A DNA stretch of 32,167 nt from assembly GCF_004010195.1 (NCBI RefSeq), contig NW_025213565.1, positions 1,893 to 34,059 on the forward strand, read 5' to 3'. The translations under genes and the position numbers were made by a program. This DNA is from Chiloscyllium plagiosum (Eukaryota). Within the stretch, counting starts at the first letter, position 1. Every line of letters starts with the position of its first letter. The notes beneath the pieces are model-generated. The model was not told the origin of the DNA. It did no database searches and worked only from the letters and a program-made list of their open reading frames with translations. Of this stretch, positions 1 to 11,603 are shown one piece after another.

Positions 1-632
1 CACGGACAGTAAAGACGAAAGCCATCGAGGAATTTCCACGACCAACTTTCGAAGAAAGAGGTGGCTCATTTCTTAGGACTCAGCAGATTCCATCAGAACT
101 TTGGTCTGATTACATTCTTCTGCAGTAAACTTCAGCAGTGTAGTTTTACCAATAACCGATTTGCTGAAAAAACACAAGTTTTTGGTGGACAGAACAATAC
201 CTGGAGGCGTTTGACCGTTGAAATCCATATTCGCCACCAGACCAGTTTTACTTTCACCAATCTTTTCAAAACCTTTCAAAGCCATTTTCGATACTCATGA
301 CACGGGAGTTTGAGCTGTACTCCCAGAGGAATATGAGGATTGGGCTGCACTGTCAGTTCATTACTTTTCGAAGAAGATCAGCACCCATCAGAGCAAATGC
401 TCCACCATCGAAAATGAACTATTGAATTTGGTACTGGCCTTAGAACATTTGACTGAGTATGTCACGACTGTTTTGGAGACAGTTGTCTACTCAGTTCACA
501 ATCCGCCTACCTTCTTAGAACGATTTAAAGACAAGAATATGACACTACTTGAATGGAGTCTTATGCTGCAGACTTTCAAATTAAAAATCATTTATGTTGG
601 AGGTCGGATGAATGCAATCGCAGATGTTTTAA
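1..632 (+). mobile_element. Gypsy LTR-retrotransposon pol remnant: RT connection + RNase H (frameshifted)
   Basis: Broken frames read KTKAIEEFPRPT..KKEVAHFLGL..F, FSKPFKAIFD, YFSKKISTHQSKCSTIENELLNLVLALEH, YSVHNP, WSLMLQTFKLKIIYVGGRMNAIADVL. These are Ty3/Gypsy RNase H motifs, homologous to the copy at 31640-32028. Confidence 0.9.
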
Positions 633-2263
633 CTTTGATTTACTGCCAAATCATTCCCAAGAACCAACTGAATTCCTGGACCTGACATTCTGCCAATCGC
701 TCCCACTGGTACTTCACCAATGTTGAATTAGTAGTCCAACCTAATGTTACATGGAGGAACATGAAATTTCCACCTATCTATACCACAATATACCGCACTC
801 TCGGATGAGAGATCAGGAAGAGTGCATATTCGCTCATCCCTTACTGCCAGCGACGGGTTAGATCCTGTATCTCTCAAAATTAATACTTCTTGTCCTTCTC
901 TCCTGTTCGGTTTGAGTAAATTTTATCCACAGAGGTAAATTCTTTGTAGGCATCTGTTTAGTCTGTGCAGCCTCTGTTTAGTCTGTGCAGTATGCTGCAG
1001 CTTCTCAGCTCTTTTTCGGTTTTTACTAACACTTTCACTAACGACACTACCTCTTCTTCTTTGAGCGAACATTTTCCCACAGTGCCTTTCTTTACTGACA
1101 TGTACTTTGTCTTTAAGTGTCTCACTTTACCATAATGGAAGCTTTAGCCTTTCACCTGTTTTCTATCCCTTTTTTAGCTTCTGTTTGTCCTGTGTTAAAT
1201 TCTTTCCAGTACTCTCTACTTTTCGTTTCGTAGTGTAGGATCGCTCCTTCTCCCAATTTCTATGCTCCGCAAGACGAAATTCTGGGCAAAGTTTGTCTTT
1301 ATGCATCAACATGTATCAATCTGCTCATGCAACTACCCTTTTCACTTCCTGAACTTTCTCTTCCTCCAGGAGATTTCTTACCATATCTCGGAGTGAGTTT
1401 GTAAACTCTTGCAGTAGAATAATCTCTCTTTGAGACTCGAAGATCCTATCTATTATTAACACACGCGCGCATCATTTGAACAGAGTATGTTTACTTCTTT
1501 TGAACACAATATAATTCTGACCTGGTCTCCTCTTTATGTTTCCAAACGGCTGTCTGTACGCTTCTGGTTCGAATTCACATGCCTGTTCAACTTCTACATA
1601 ATCCCTTGACCCATGATCTGACAGCGCGGCAAAAACATCACTCGCTATGCCGACCAGCTTAGTCTGAACTAACATTATCCATGAATCCTCGGACTACTCC
1701 ATCAGCCTTGCCAATTTTTCAAATGAAATGAGTAAACAAGAAAGTCTTCAACATCTTCCTCATCGATATGTCTCACGGTTTTGACATATTTGTGCATGTA
1801 TGTCATTATGTTCTCTTTTAATCCTGTTAACTTGACTTTAGTAACTAAGTCACAACTTCTCATGTTCAAATCCTCACAGTTTTTCTTGCTCTACTCTTTC
1901 TGTCTTTCTCTCTTCTTTCATTTGTCTCTCTCTCTTTCTCTCCCCTTTTTCTCTGTCTGCTCAGGTAAGAACCTTCTCTCTCACCTTTAATCTTCTCTCT
2001 CTCTCTTTCGTCTCTCTCTCTGTTTTCTTTAAATTCCGTTTTCTTCAGACGTAATTTACATTTTTTTCTACCTGTGCTGCACTTGTCCTTTTCGCTGAAA
2101 CACTTCAGTGTTGAATAATTCCCTTACAACTTCAGGTTTATTTCTGTTCTTTATTAAACCCAAATCTATTCTCTTTGCTAAATCTAAAAATGTGATGCAT
2201 TTCTTGTCAAATTTGAGAATCATTTTCAAATTCCAAAGCCTCTTTAGCAAATTTAAGAGCCAA
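633..2263 (-). mobile_element. Gypsy (Gmr1-like) gag with SCAN-like capsid region, decayed zinc knuckle and aspartic protease (pseudogenised)
   Basis: Minus strand reads (L)ALKFAKEALEFE at 2263 and an E/R/K-rich stretch (the CT-rich 1900-2030). It continues MLVQTKLVGIASDVFAALS..DY..EPEAYRQ.F.N.KRRPGQ (1472-1675), LREIILLQEF, a decayed knuckle FHYGKVRHLK (~1110-1140), protease ILRDTGS (~860-880) and GIQLVLGNDLA (~645-680). Confidence 0.88.
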
Positions 2264-2428
2264 TTTTTCTCGCCTTTAATTTAATCAAACTCAGGTCACC
2301 GAAATTAAACACATGTCGCACTTAATTTTGTTTTGAAAGAAAATCTGGGTTACTAAACGGCAAATACTTAATTCTTCTGGGATTTTTCGTATCCGCAAAT
2401 CTATTCAAATTTGTCTAAACCAGTTCAA

Positions 2429-2448
2429 ATCTCAGACGAAAGCCCCCA
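2429..2448 (-). promoter_or_regulatory. Primer-binding site, tRNA-Pro type (diverged)
   Basis: Minus strand TGGGGGCTTTCGTCTGAGAT lies 3 nt after the LTR-terminal ACA. The canonical tRNA-Pro PBS is TGGGGGCTCGTCCGGGAT. Confidence 0.75.
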
Positions 2449-2451
2449 GTT

Positions 2452-3156
2452 TGTAGCAAAAGGGGCTAAACCATACCTGCTAATTTAAACTACCAACATA
2501 GAAAAGACTTACCACATATGGTAACCTCTAATTTAGAGAGTCGAAGGTCTATTTTAAGTAAAATAAAAATACACTTTATTTCTTAAAGAATAAGAGTGAA
2601 TAATTAACTAACACCCATATAAAATTCCTTCTTCTAACCTGTCCTTGACTTTGCCTTCCATAATACTAGTTTGATTAAACCCCCGATTAAGACTTACCAA
2701 GCATTCAAATATCAAAACCAGACAATTGTCGAATCCTCTCTTTGTCTCTTCATCGAGAGATTTTCTGCTTCAAAGATTTTATAATACACAGGTCGTTGAT
2801 GGATAAATATAGGAGAGCTGTATTTCGGCCAGGCTGTACATGCTGGTGGCTTGGCAATTCTCCTTCAAACTGTTCATTTTTTCCCGGTCGTATACCGCGA
2901 AATATCAGATAATTACATTTCTTTAAAGTATTGCGAATGTGCAAAATTCAAACTTGATTGGAGTTTGGCATTAGGGGGTATAATTTGAACTGAATTTGAT
3001 TTTGTTTTTGTGTCAAGGCAACCCAGCCAGTGTGCGCTGTTCTCAACCAGAATTTATGTTGTAAGTTCTCCTGAACTCTGTGTGCTTCTCTAAGTGCATG
3101 CCAGCTTTCAATTTTATTAAAGGTACAGTACTTTTCCCATATCCTCAAACGTGACA
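2452..3156 (-). mobile_element. 5' LTR (~705 bp) of the Gypsy element
   Basis: Minus strand begins TGTCAC (3156) and ends GCTACA (2452), directly followed by the PBS and gag. AATAAA is on the minus strand at 2575-2580. The outer boundary is inferred from the TGT..ACA termini only. Confidence 0.7.
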
Positions 3157-3415
3157 TGCCATTGGAAAATAATGAAATAGGAAGTGCAGAAGCCCCTTTG
3201 CTACATCAGGTTTTCACCATCATTCAATATGATGATGGCTGATATTGTAATTCCCAATTTATATTCAGTGCCTTGTGTTTCACATTCTTACGTGATAAGT
3301 GTTGCACCGGCTTCATCAGTCTCCGAGTGCTGATATGGATTCTCGTTGCAATGCAGAGTGTTCTGCCTGTACCATATTTTATACATTGTTTAACACGTTC
3401 CTCCTAGCGGAATTA

Positions 3416-4219
3416 TAGACAATAGACAATAGATAATAGATGCAGGAGTAGGCCATTCTGCCCTTCGAGCCAGCACCACCATTCATTATGATCATGGCTA
3501 ATCATCCTCAATCAGTATCCTGTTCCTGCCTGATCCCTGTAACCCTTGATTCCACTATCCTTAAGAGCTCTATCCAACACTTTCTTGAAAGTATCCAGAG
3601 ACTTGGGCTCCACAGCCTTCTGGGGCAGATCATTCCACACACCCACCATTCTCCGGGTGAAGAAGTTTCTCATCAATTCTGTTCTAAATGGCCTACCTCT
3701 TATTTTTAAAATGTACCCTTTGCTTCGGGACTCAACGATCAGCGGAATCATGCTTCCTGCCTCCAGAGTGTCCAATCCTTTAATAATCTTATACGTCTCA
3801 AGCCCAGTCGCTCCAATCTTTCAACGTAAGATAATCCAGCCATTCCGGGAATTGACCTCGTGAATCTAAGCTGCACTCTCTCAATAACCAGAATGTCTTT
3901 CCTCAAATTTGGAGACCAAAACTGCACACAATATTCCAGGTCCAGTCTCACCAGGCCCCTGTACAGCTGCATAAGAACCTCTTTGCTTCGATACTCAATT
4001 CCTCTTATTATGAACGCCAGCATGCTATTAGCTTTCTTCACTGTAGTAATCTGCCTTCCCGTTCTTGCCACGAATGTGGATAACCACATATTTATCCACA
4101 TTAAACTGCATCTGCCATGCATCTCTCCACTCACCTAGCCTGTCCAGGTCACCCTGTAATCTCCTAACATCCTCCTCAAATTTCACCCTGGCACCCAGAT
4201 TTGTATCATCAGCTTCCAA
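3416..4219 (-). mobile_element. CR1 LINE 3' fragment (ORF2 RT C-terminus + 3' UTR + tail)
   Basis: ADDTNLG..LQGDLDRLGEW..WQMQFNVDK; KANSMLAFIIRGIEYRSKEVLMQLYRGLVRLDLEYCVQFWSP; FRTELMRNFFTRR; (TAGACAA)n tail at 3416-3440. Confidence 0.95.
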
Positions 4220-4220
4220 T

Positions 4221-4610
4221 CTGTCTCACCCTCTCAGAAGTTTATAGATGTCACACAGTTTACCATTCGTTTTCTGAAATCTCCTGGGATGCAGACCAAG
4301 TCGAACCAAAATCTGCTCACTCGCAAACCTGTCATTCCAGAAAAAAATCTGGTCAACCTTTGCGCACTTCCTCAATGTCAGGGTTACCCCTCATTGGGTA
4401 AAGAGAGCAAACGTCACCCATTGCTGCCCAGTTTTCGAGATGATATCCCGCAAAATTCCTGTAGAACTGTAGTAAGCAATCGTACTCTTGTAAGTAATTC
4501 CCTTGTAATGAAGGTGAACATACTACATATTTTCCAAACTGCTTTTTGCTCCTGCAATGTTGCTTTCGAGAACTAGTGTACAATGAGATCGAGATCTTTC
4601 TCAATGCTAG
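4221..4610 (-). mobile_element. Old CR1 ORF2 fragment
   Basis: Decayed EKDLDLIVH..KATLQEQKAV..MFTFITR..CLLQFYR..HLE..IEEV, colinear with the CR1 RT C-terminus. Confidence 0.75.
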
Positions 4611-6339
4611 AGCTAATCATTTGGTGCGTGCATGCGCACGAATCGGCGTTGTTCATGCCATTCCCAGTTTTGATTTCTCTTATTGCAGTGCATGAACTTC
4701 AGTGGTCAGCAAAGAAATAAATAAATAAAAGGCAACAGGGATCAACATTTTTCAAGCAATCTCTTTTCAAATCGTAAAATGACATTCTAATTTCCAATCA
4801 AAGTACAAAACATCACATCGAACAGTATTGCTATTTATCTGCCACGTACTTGCCCATTCCTCCTACTTGTCTCAATTTCCTAGGAAGTCTTAAATGCACT
4901 TTACCATTCACACTACTTCAGAAAATAGTGCAGTGAGCAGACTCGAATATATTGCATTTAATTCCCTGAACGTAATAAATAATATGTATTGTGAATCGTA
5001 TCACTTGAACATACTACAACTCAGCACCCCCCCCCCCCCCACCACCACCAAAGAAACATTGTTTCATTCGTACTTTCAGCTATCTGTCAGGTCTCCAATT
5101 CTAAAACCATCATCAAGTATTATCCCAATCACATAAGACTTGATTCTGCACACTGGGCTTAGGACTTCACTTTTTTTTGTTTTTGAATATTCAAATGCAG
5201 TGCATCCATTGACTTTCCATACTGTCTTCAGAGCCCATTTCTCAAATGCAATTTCAGTTTCATAAATCTGTGCTGACTTTGTCTTAACCCATCAATTTGA
5301 GTTCCAACAATTTTTCAAATGTAATTAACATACAGATTTCATTGTATTCCCATTTTCGGATCAAACATAAGTTCCCTTGTATTTCTGGGAATTATTTTTT
5401 TGATTGTTTCGTTTTATTGTGTGTTGACAGAATTGAAGTAATTGCTTCATAATTCTGCCATTCAAAAGCTTTCCCTTCTCTGGCTTCAGACTGTAAGGAA
5501 GCTGTACTTATTTTCTCTTAGCTTTTGCCATTAGCATATGCTTAGAAGATATTGTAATTTTTTTTGTCAACATGCTCTTCAGAGACCCATCTATTCCTGG
5601 CTTATGCTGCTCCGTTATTGACCTTCTACAATCATATATTCACCAAAAAATAGAATCTGTCTCGTCAGAAATACAGCACGATCTGCTTGAGTTCGCACTT
5701 TACCACACAAGAGCTGTCGCTCTGAATTTTTTTGAAACTTCACGAGTGCATCCAAGTACTTTTAAACGGTGGTGAAGTTACTCGTGACAATTACCCCCAC
5801 GGCAAATGAATATCCAGACCCCCTCTTGCTCGAAAGCAATCCTCAAATCTTCTATAAACATCAAATCCTGTACTTCACATGTGTGCTCCCTTTATTTTGG
5901 AGTAGGGGAAGCTTGTCCAATGTTTTGGAACAGGAAAAGAACGATTACTCCAGCAATGTTATTTCAGGGATGCAGCAGCAGACGATTTCGCATCTGAAGC
6001 CTTCTGTGCTGGAAATGGATGAAAACCTGCAACCTCTAAAACTGTTACAGCACAACAAGAATGTTTCATAAGACCGCAAACCTCTTCCCCACCAACAGTC
6101 GTAGGGGAAGCAGACATGGAGCCGTTTACTAAGTAACACTAGCAGGACAAACGCAACGACAATGCATGAAGAAGAGAACGATATTCAGCACATCGTATTC
6201 ATAAACGGGAAACACAATGAGTCTATTCATTCAATCATGCCTCTTGCGAAAGTAATCAGAGCAGCACTTTTCAAATGTGGTACCCATTATACAGGAACTG
6301 AAAAGAAACATGAAGGTTACAGATGGGAAGAACTTAGAA

Positions 6340-6690
6340 TATTCATCTTCACTCGGGAAAACAAAGAATTGGACAAATTATTGGTATTTAAGGCAAATTA
6401 TTAGAATCCATTATCAAGGAAATAATGACTGTTTTGTGCAGTCAAGCAACAACGTCTTCGAAGTCAGAATCCAATATGAGGGAAGAATGATTGAATTATT
6501 TTCTCGAGTTATTTAATAACAAGGTAAGCGAGGTGAACAATGGGATTCTGGAGATGTAATATATCTGGACTTAGAGAAGGCATTGAATAAAGTGCTGAAA
6601 AACAATTTAGTCCTTTTGATAAGAGCACATGGGTTTTGTAGCAATATATTAGATTGGATTGTAGGTTTTCTGGTTTGCAATCAGTATTTT
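6340..6690 (+). mobile_element. Old CR1 RT fragment
   Basis: IFTRENK..LDKLLVFKA; GDVIYLDLEKALNKV..LIRAHG..NILDWI matches the CR1 DVIYLDFQKAFDKV motif. Confidence 0.8.
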
Positions 6691-7989
6691 GATGATTTAC
6701 AGGTGGCGCAAATGACACCCACATCCATGGTTCTTACATTGGGCTTATTCAGAGAATATGAAATGAAAAAGGAGCCGACAGTTGTTTCAGGGGCAAAGGA
6801 ATACCTGCATTTATTAAATATGAGAAAGGGGAAGTAAACCACAAGGAACAAAATCATGTATAATGCACAGATAAATTGACACAAGCAACTACACAAATGA
6901 CAGCAATTAAATACATTATCGAATCAAATACAGGTTTAGTTCTATTCTGATCAAACAACTGTTTCAATCACAAAATTTATAGCAGGCTCCATATCCTTTG
7001 GGATTACTGGACAGTCACCACTCAACTTCCCCCGCCCTGTGAGCTCTGTGGGAACGTTTGGGGTCTAGCGAGCTTAAGCTCACCACTTGGGAGAACTCAC
7101 AATGTTGATGTCCAGCTGGAATTTCCTGCTTGCCTTGGTCAGTGCCTCGATGAAGACTTTCGTCAGTTCATCTTCAGACTGAGGATACATTAGGACGATT
7201 ATAGGATTTATCAGGTGAGTACATGATGTTTCTTAGTTTCTAGTGGTTTTCTGATCCGGTGCTCACTTCAGGATGTGTATGAAGCCTTGTGTGTCAGTCG
7301 GGTCGGTGGTTTTCAGAGGTTTTTTTTCTATTCTCAGTGCTACTGGCCGTGGATTTTACCATTGGTTTCCCAGGTGTGGATACGTTTATGTAGGTAGGTT
7401 TCCGAATTGAAATTGGGATCCCTCTGACGGGATTTCTGTGCAGATAGTTCGTGGGAGAATCTCTTTGGGAACCTTCTCCGGGTGGTGGCAGCAGGGATAG
7501 TTCTGGTGAGGATAACTGCCTTATGGCAAATCTCTCTCTCAGGTATAACTCAGTTATACTAATTGAGGGCCTCTTAACTTCTCGATAAATACCACATGCC
7601 AATGTGTTCCTGTTGATCACTTTCAAGATGAATTAGCTTCCTGGTTATTCTAAGTAGATGCATATTCTATTTGATTTATTATAATCTCCATTATCTCAAT
7701 GCTTGTATATTGATTGGAGTTGAATGCCTTGCTATCGTTGTCCGCCACACAATATCTGGTTTGGGGTAGCACCAAACAGTAAACGTTTTTTTCGTTCCAA
7801 AGTATTAGGTCTGATAAACTGTTCTTTTGGAGTCAAGGCGTGAATTGATTTTCAGTATGAACAATGATTCCAGGCAGGTGCCTCTGTGCCTTTTTACTTT
7901 TCCAAAGTAAAACCCAGCTGCATATTTTCTTGAAAAGTATTTTTGAACACTACAGCTGTTTGGTCCAGTCTAGGGATCATTGGTTGATC

Positions 7990-9022
7990 AATATGTATAA
8001 AAATAGCCAATCAACAAAATGGACACAAAATGTGTGTGGTTTTCTGGTTGGCAAATGTTGGGATGCTGCAGAGTTCGGTTCTCAGGGCACAATTATTCAA
8101 AATCTATTGTGATACTTAAAATACAGTAAGGGGATAGAAAATATGATAATAAGATTGAGAAATGACAGTTAATATGCGAAAAAGTGAATTGCAATGAAGA
8201 TATAAGTAACTTACAAACGAAAATGGATAGGTTGGGTGAATGGGCCAGCATTTGGCAGACAAATATTAACGTGGGCAATTATGGATTTATCCATTTTGGT
8301 GAGAGAAATAGAAAGGGAACATAGCATCTAAATGGCGAAAGTCTTCACAGTGTTTTACAACAGAGAAATTTGGGTCCCCTCATGCATATCGCATAAAACT
8401 CCTATAGGGTCACAGCGAGATAATGAGAAAAGCAAACTCTATTTCAGTGTTTATTTCTGAGGGAATACAGAGCTGAAGTAAGGAAGAGTTGCAGCAAATA
8501 GGCAACGTATGAGTGATACTACAACTGGAATACTCTTACAGTTTGTGTGCCCTGATTTGAGGAGGATTGTGGTTACCCTGAGGCAGGTAAGGCGATGTTC
8601 ACTATATTAATCCCAGTGAAGAAGGGTTTACCTCATGATGAGAGGTTGAGCAGTTCAGGTTTACAATGACTGCAGTTTACAAGATGAGAGGTGATCAAAT
8701 TGAGTTATGTAAGATGCTAAATTCGATTGATAACGTAGACGTGTATTGGGTATTGTATCACATACAGCAGCCTTGCAGAAGTGATCAAAGATTTAGGGTA
8801 CAATGAAGAAGGTTTAAAACCATTCAATCCTCTCATTTATTGGTGCATCTGTGTAACTCACTTCCCTGGATAGATGTTGGGACATAAATTAACCATTATA
8901 GAGTGCGGCAGGAAAGCGAAACAAAGACCCCGATGACATAATCTGTGATTGTCTTAAATGGTCGAACGGGCTCGAGCGGCTGAATTAATATCAGACGCAC
9001 TTCGTTCTTATGTATTCATGTA
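7990..9022 (+). mobile_element. Old CR1 RT-to-3' end fragment
   Basis: Decayed GVPQGSVLG-like segment at ~8060-8095, MDRLGEWASIWQT, IHFGERNRK, LEYS, and a CR1-type 3' UTR ending ..ttcttatgtattcatgt. Confidence 0.8.
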
Positions 9023-9054
9023 AGTTGCAGCATAATGAATCCGTTACACTGGAA

Positions 9055-9435
9055 TGAACAAGGGCTGGTTATTAAACAAGAAGCAGACGTTCAGGATGAA
9101 TCAGTTTCGATCAGTTTGAAAGTACAGAATCAGTAGAGCCACACAGGGACGAGTGTTGTGTCCTAACTATCTACATTCTATATCGATGATCTGAAGGAGT
9201 GGTAGAGACGTATGGGAACAAAGTTTGGGGATGGCGTTAATTTAGCAGGAAAGTAAATGATCAAGACAATTTGAAGAGGCTGGAGATGGATATTAACAGT
9301 TAAGCAATTGTTTGACAGGTGAAATATAAAGTGACTAAGTTTTAACCTGTAAATTCTTTTCAGGAAGATTGAAAGATCATAAATTAATGAAATGCAACGA
9401 TGTGACAGGACAGGGCTTCGTGATATAGTGTACAC
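9055..9435 (+). mobile_element. Old CR1 RT fragment
   Basis: GWLLNKKQTFRMN, TQGRVLCP, YIDDL, KFGDG (decayed KFADD). Confidence 0.7.
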
Positions 9436-9460
9436 TGAGGGTTCGTTCTGATCTGTTCAG

Positions 9461-9696
9461 ACAAAGCAAGAGTTGCTCCTTCTCCTTGATGACCTGCTCC
9501 CTCATGTTCCAAGTGGCTCCACAGCAATCGGCAGACAAAGGATATTTTGATGTGTTTGTCTCATGAGGATGCAGTCGGAGGGCTGCAATCTAATGATCCG
9601 TGTATCAAGAGGATGGCCTTGATCTGAGAGACCTCATGGAATACGTCAACAAGAGAAGAAAAACAAGATGTACATCATTTCATTGTTCCTGAGCTT
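9461..9696 (+). pseudogene. Candidate decayed antigen-receptor V gene segment
   Basis: Across frameshifts: KSCSFS..KW.QQSADKG.ILM..QD.TSFHCS (first Cys, WxQQ FR2, D-x-x-x-F-H-C end), directly followed by a 23-spacer RSS-like motif. Confidence 0.4.
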
Positions 9697-9735
9697 CGCA
9701 ATGCTAGCCGTCTTTACAGTAGGGACACAAAAACC
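9697..9735 (+). promoter_or_regulatory. V(D)J recombination signal-like sequence (23-bp spacer, mutated heptamer)
   Basis: CGCAATG + ctagccgtctttacagtagggac (23 nt) + ACAAAAACC. The nonamer is perfect and the heptamer matches CACAGTG at 5/7, with the essential CAC changed to CGC. Confidence 0.5.
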
Positions 9736-9811
9736 AAGGTCATCAGAAGATACAGCGGGACAGATTTGTACTAAAGATTGGACTAGCCAATTAATTAATT
9801 AATAACATCAA

Positions 9812-10488
9812 AGTTTGATCGAATATTTGTAGCTCGGGTGCTCGTTGTTGTCGTTCTGTTCGCCGAGCTGGGAATTTGTGTTGCAGACGTTTCATCCCCT
9901 GTCTAGGAGACATCCTCAGTGCTTGGTAGTCTCCTGTGAAGCGCTTCTGTGATCTTTCCTCCGGCATTTGTCGTGGTTGGAATCTTCCGCTTCCGGTTGT
10001 CAGTTCCAGCTGCCGGCTGCAGTGGCCGGTATATTGGCTCCAGGTCGATGTGCTTGTTGATTGAATCAGTGGATCAGTGCCATGCCTCTAGGAATTCCCT
10101 GGCTGTTCTCTGTTTGGCTTGTCCTATAATAGTAGAGTTGTCCCAGTCAAACTCATGTTGCTTGTCATCTGCGCATGTGGCTACTAAGGATAGCTGGTCG
10201 TGTCGTTTCGTGGCTAGTTGGTGTTCATGGATGCGGATCGTTAGCTGTCTTCCTGTTTGTCCGATGTAGTGTTTTGTGCAGTCCTTGCATGGGATTTTGT
10301 ATATTATGTTGGTTTTGCTCATGCTGGGTATCGGGTCCTTTGTCCTGATGAGTTGTTGTCTGAGAATGGCTGTTGGTTTGTGTGCTGTTATGAGTCCTAG
10401 TGGTCGTAGTAGTCTGCCTGTCAGTTCAGAAATGTTTTTGATCTATGTGGCTCGTCCTTTGGGTTGTGACATGTCCTTATTCCGTCGT
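9812..10488 (-). mobile_element. Penelope-like element (Poseidon-type) 3' fragment with GIY-YIG endonuclease
   Basis: ORF 10074-10322: NIIYKIPCKDCTKHYIGQTGRQLTIRIHEH..HEFDWDNSTIIGQAKQRTAREFLEAWH, followed by a 3' region containing a hammerhead motif. Confidence 0.93.
9883..9922 (-). ncRNA. Minimal type I hammerhead ribozyme of the Penelope-like element
   Basis: Minus strand GCA-CUGAGGA-UG-UCUCCU-agac-AGGGGA-U-GAAAC-GUC-UGC: core CUGAnGA/GAAA, stem II UCUCCU/AGGGGA, palindromic ACGU stem III, GUC cleavage triplet, stem I GCA/UGC. Confidence 0.8.
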
Positions 10489-10799
10489 GGAAAGGTTAGT
10501 AAAAAGACAGGGTTTCGGTGTAAAGGGAGGAAAGAGACCTTGGAAATTCCAAGTCATAAGAATGATGACATTGAATAAACGAATTGCCACGTCAGTTGAA
10601 ATGTTTTTGTGATATCAAATTCTGAACGTGCCTCACAGAACCTGCTCAGGTAGCATAAACTGACACAGGTTAACAGTCTAACAAGGAGGACTATGCAGAC
10701 TGTGCCGATGTCCTGCTCAGGAATATATACTTTATAACCAACATGCAGTGCATTGCTACTTTTCACAGGTTGTTGGTGCTATGGTTGTACTACTTGGGA

Positions 10800-11375
10800 T
10801 GGAAGAGCATTGGAGGCGTGGCATTAAGGGTGATGTCACGTTTTATATCACAGGTTGGATCGCTGAAATAAGAGCGAATTTGGTGGTTGTTGACAATGAT
10901 CATCCTGGAGTTCAGTTGCTAGTGTTGCAAAGCAAGTATCTGATTTGGGGACACTGCTGATTATCATTTTTAGATATGACCTGGATGAGGGCATAGCCGG
11001 ATAAGTTACTAAATTTGCAGATGCAGCTGCGTTCCGATGAGTTGTATATAGTGTTGAAGGCTGTTGCGGATTACAGAGGGACATATGTAAGCTGCAGAGC
11101 TGGGTTGAGAGATGGCAAATGGATTTTAATGTGGAAAAATGTGAGGTGATTCACTTTGGAAGGAGCAACAGGAAAAAAAGTGTACTGTTCTAATAGTAAA
11201 AATCTTGATAGTGGAAATGAACAGAAATATTTGGTAGACCACGTACATAGATTCCAGAAAGTTTCCAAATAGGATGATAGAGTTTTTCAGAGTGCATACG
11301 GTGTGTTAACTTTTATTGGTAGACGGATTGATTTTTGAAGGGCATGTTGCAGCAATACAAAACTCTGGTGCCCAC
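10800..11375 (+). mobile_element. CR1 RT fragment (copy 1 in the duplication)
   Basis: RRGIKGDV..WIAE..VVVD; YDLDEGIAG*VTKFAD; LQSWVERWQMDFNVEKCEVIHFGRSN; MLQQYKTLV. Confidence 0.88.
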
Positions 11376-11603
11376 CCCATCATTATCTCCTCCCCTTCCT
11401 GTAACGCCAGGAGAAGAAAACTACAATAGAATAGCAAGTCCGATTTTGCGCGAAATGTGTTCCCTCATCCTCCTCCCATCGCCATGCGTAGCGGCTCCAG
11501 AGTCGAGATTCTGAAACATTCATGACCCACATACCAAGTAACAAGCACTGATCAGTGAAGGGTAGTTCTCACTTTAAACTTACTATCATTCCGTTTCCTC
11601 CAG

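Noticed and set aside
1895..2035. Stand-alone CT microsatellite or hydrophobic ORF 1781-1990
   Set aside because: Antisense of the E/R/K-rich region of Gypsy gag.
4655..4730. Leader-like mini-ORF MPFPVLISLIAVH or a terminal exon with AATAAA
   Set aside because: Too short, no canonical donor in the expected phase, and no partner exon.
7140..7190. Hammerhead-like CTGAAGA..GAAAGTC on the minus strand
   Set aside because: No convincing stem II or stem III; it lies inside the orphan coding-like frame.
10602..10640. TGTTTTTGT nonamer-like motif
   Set aside because: No heptamer ending in GTG at 12 or 23 nt.
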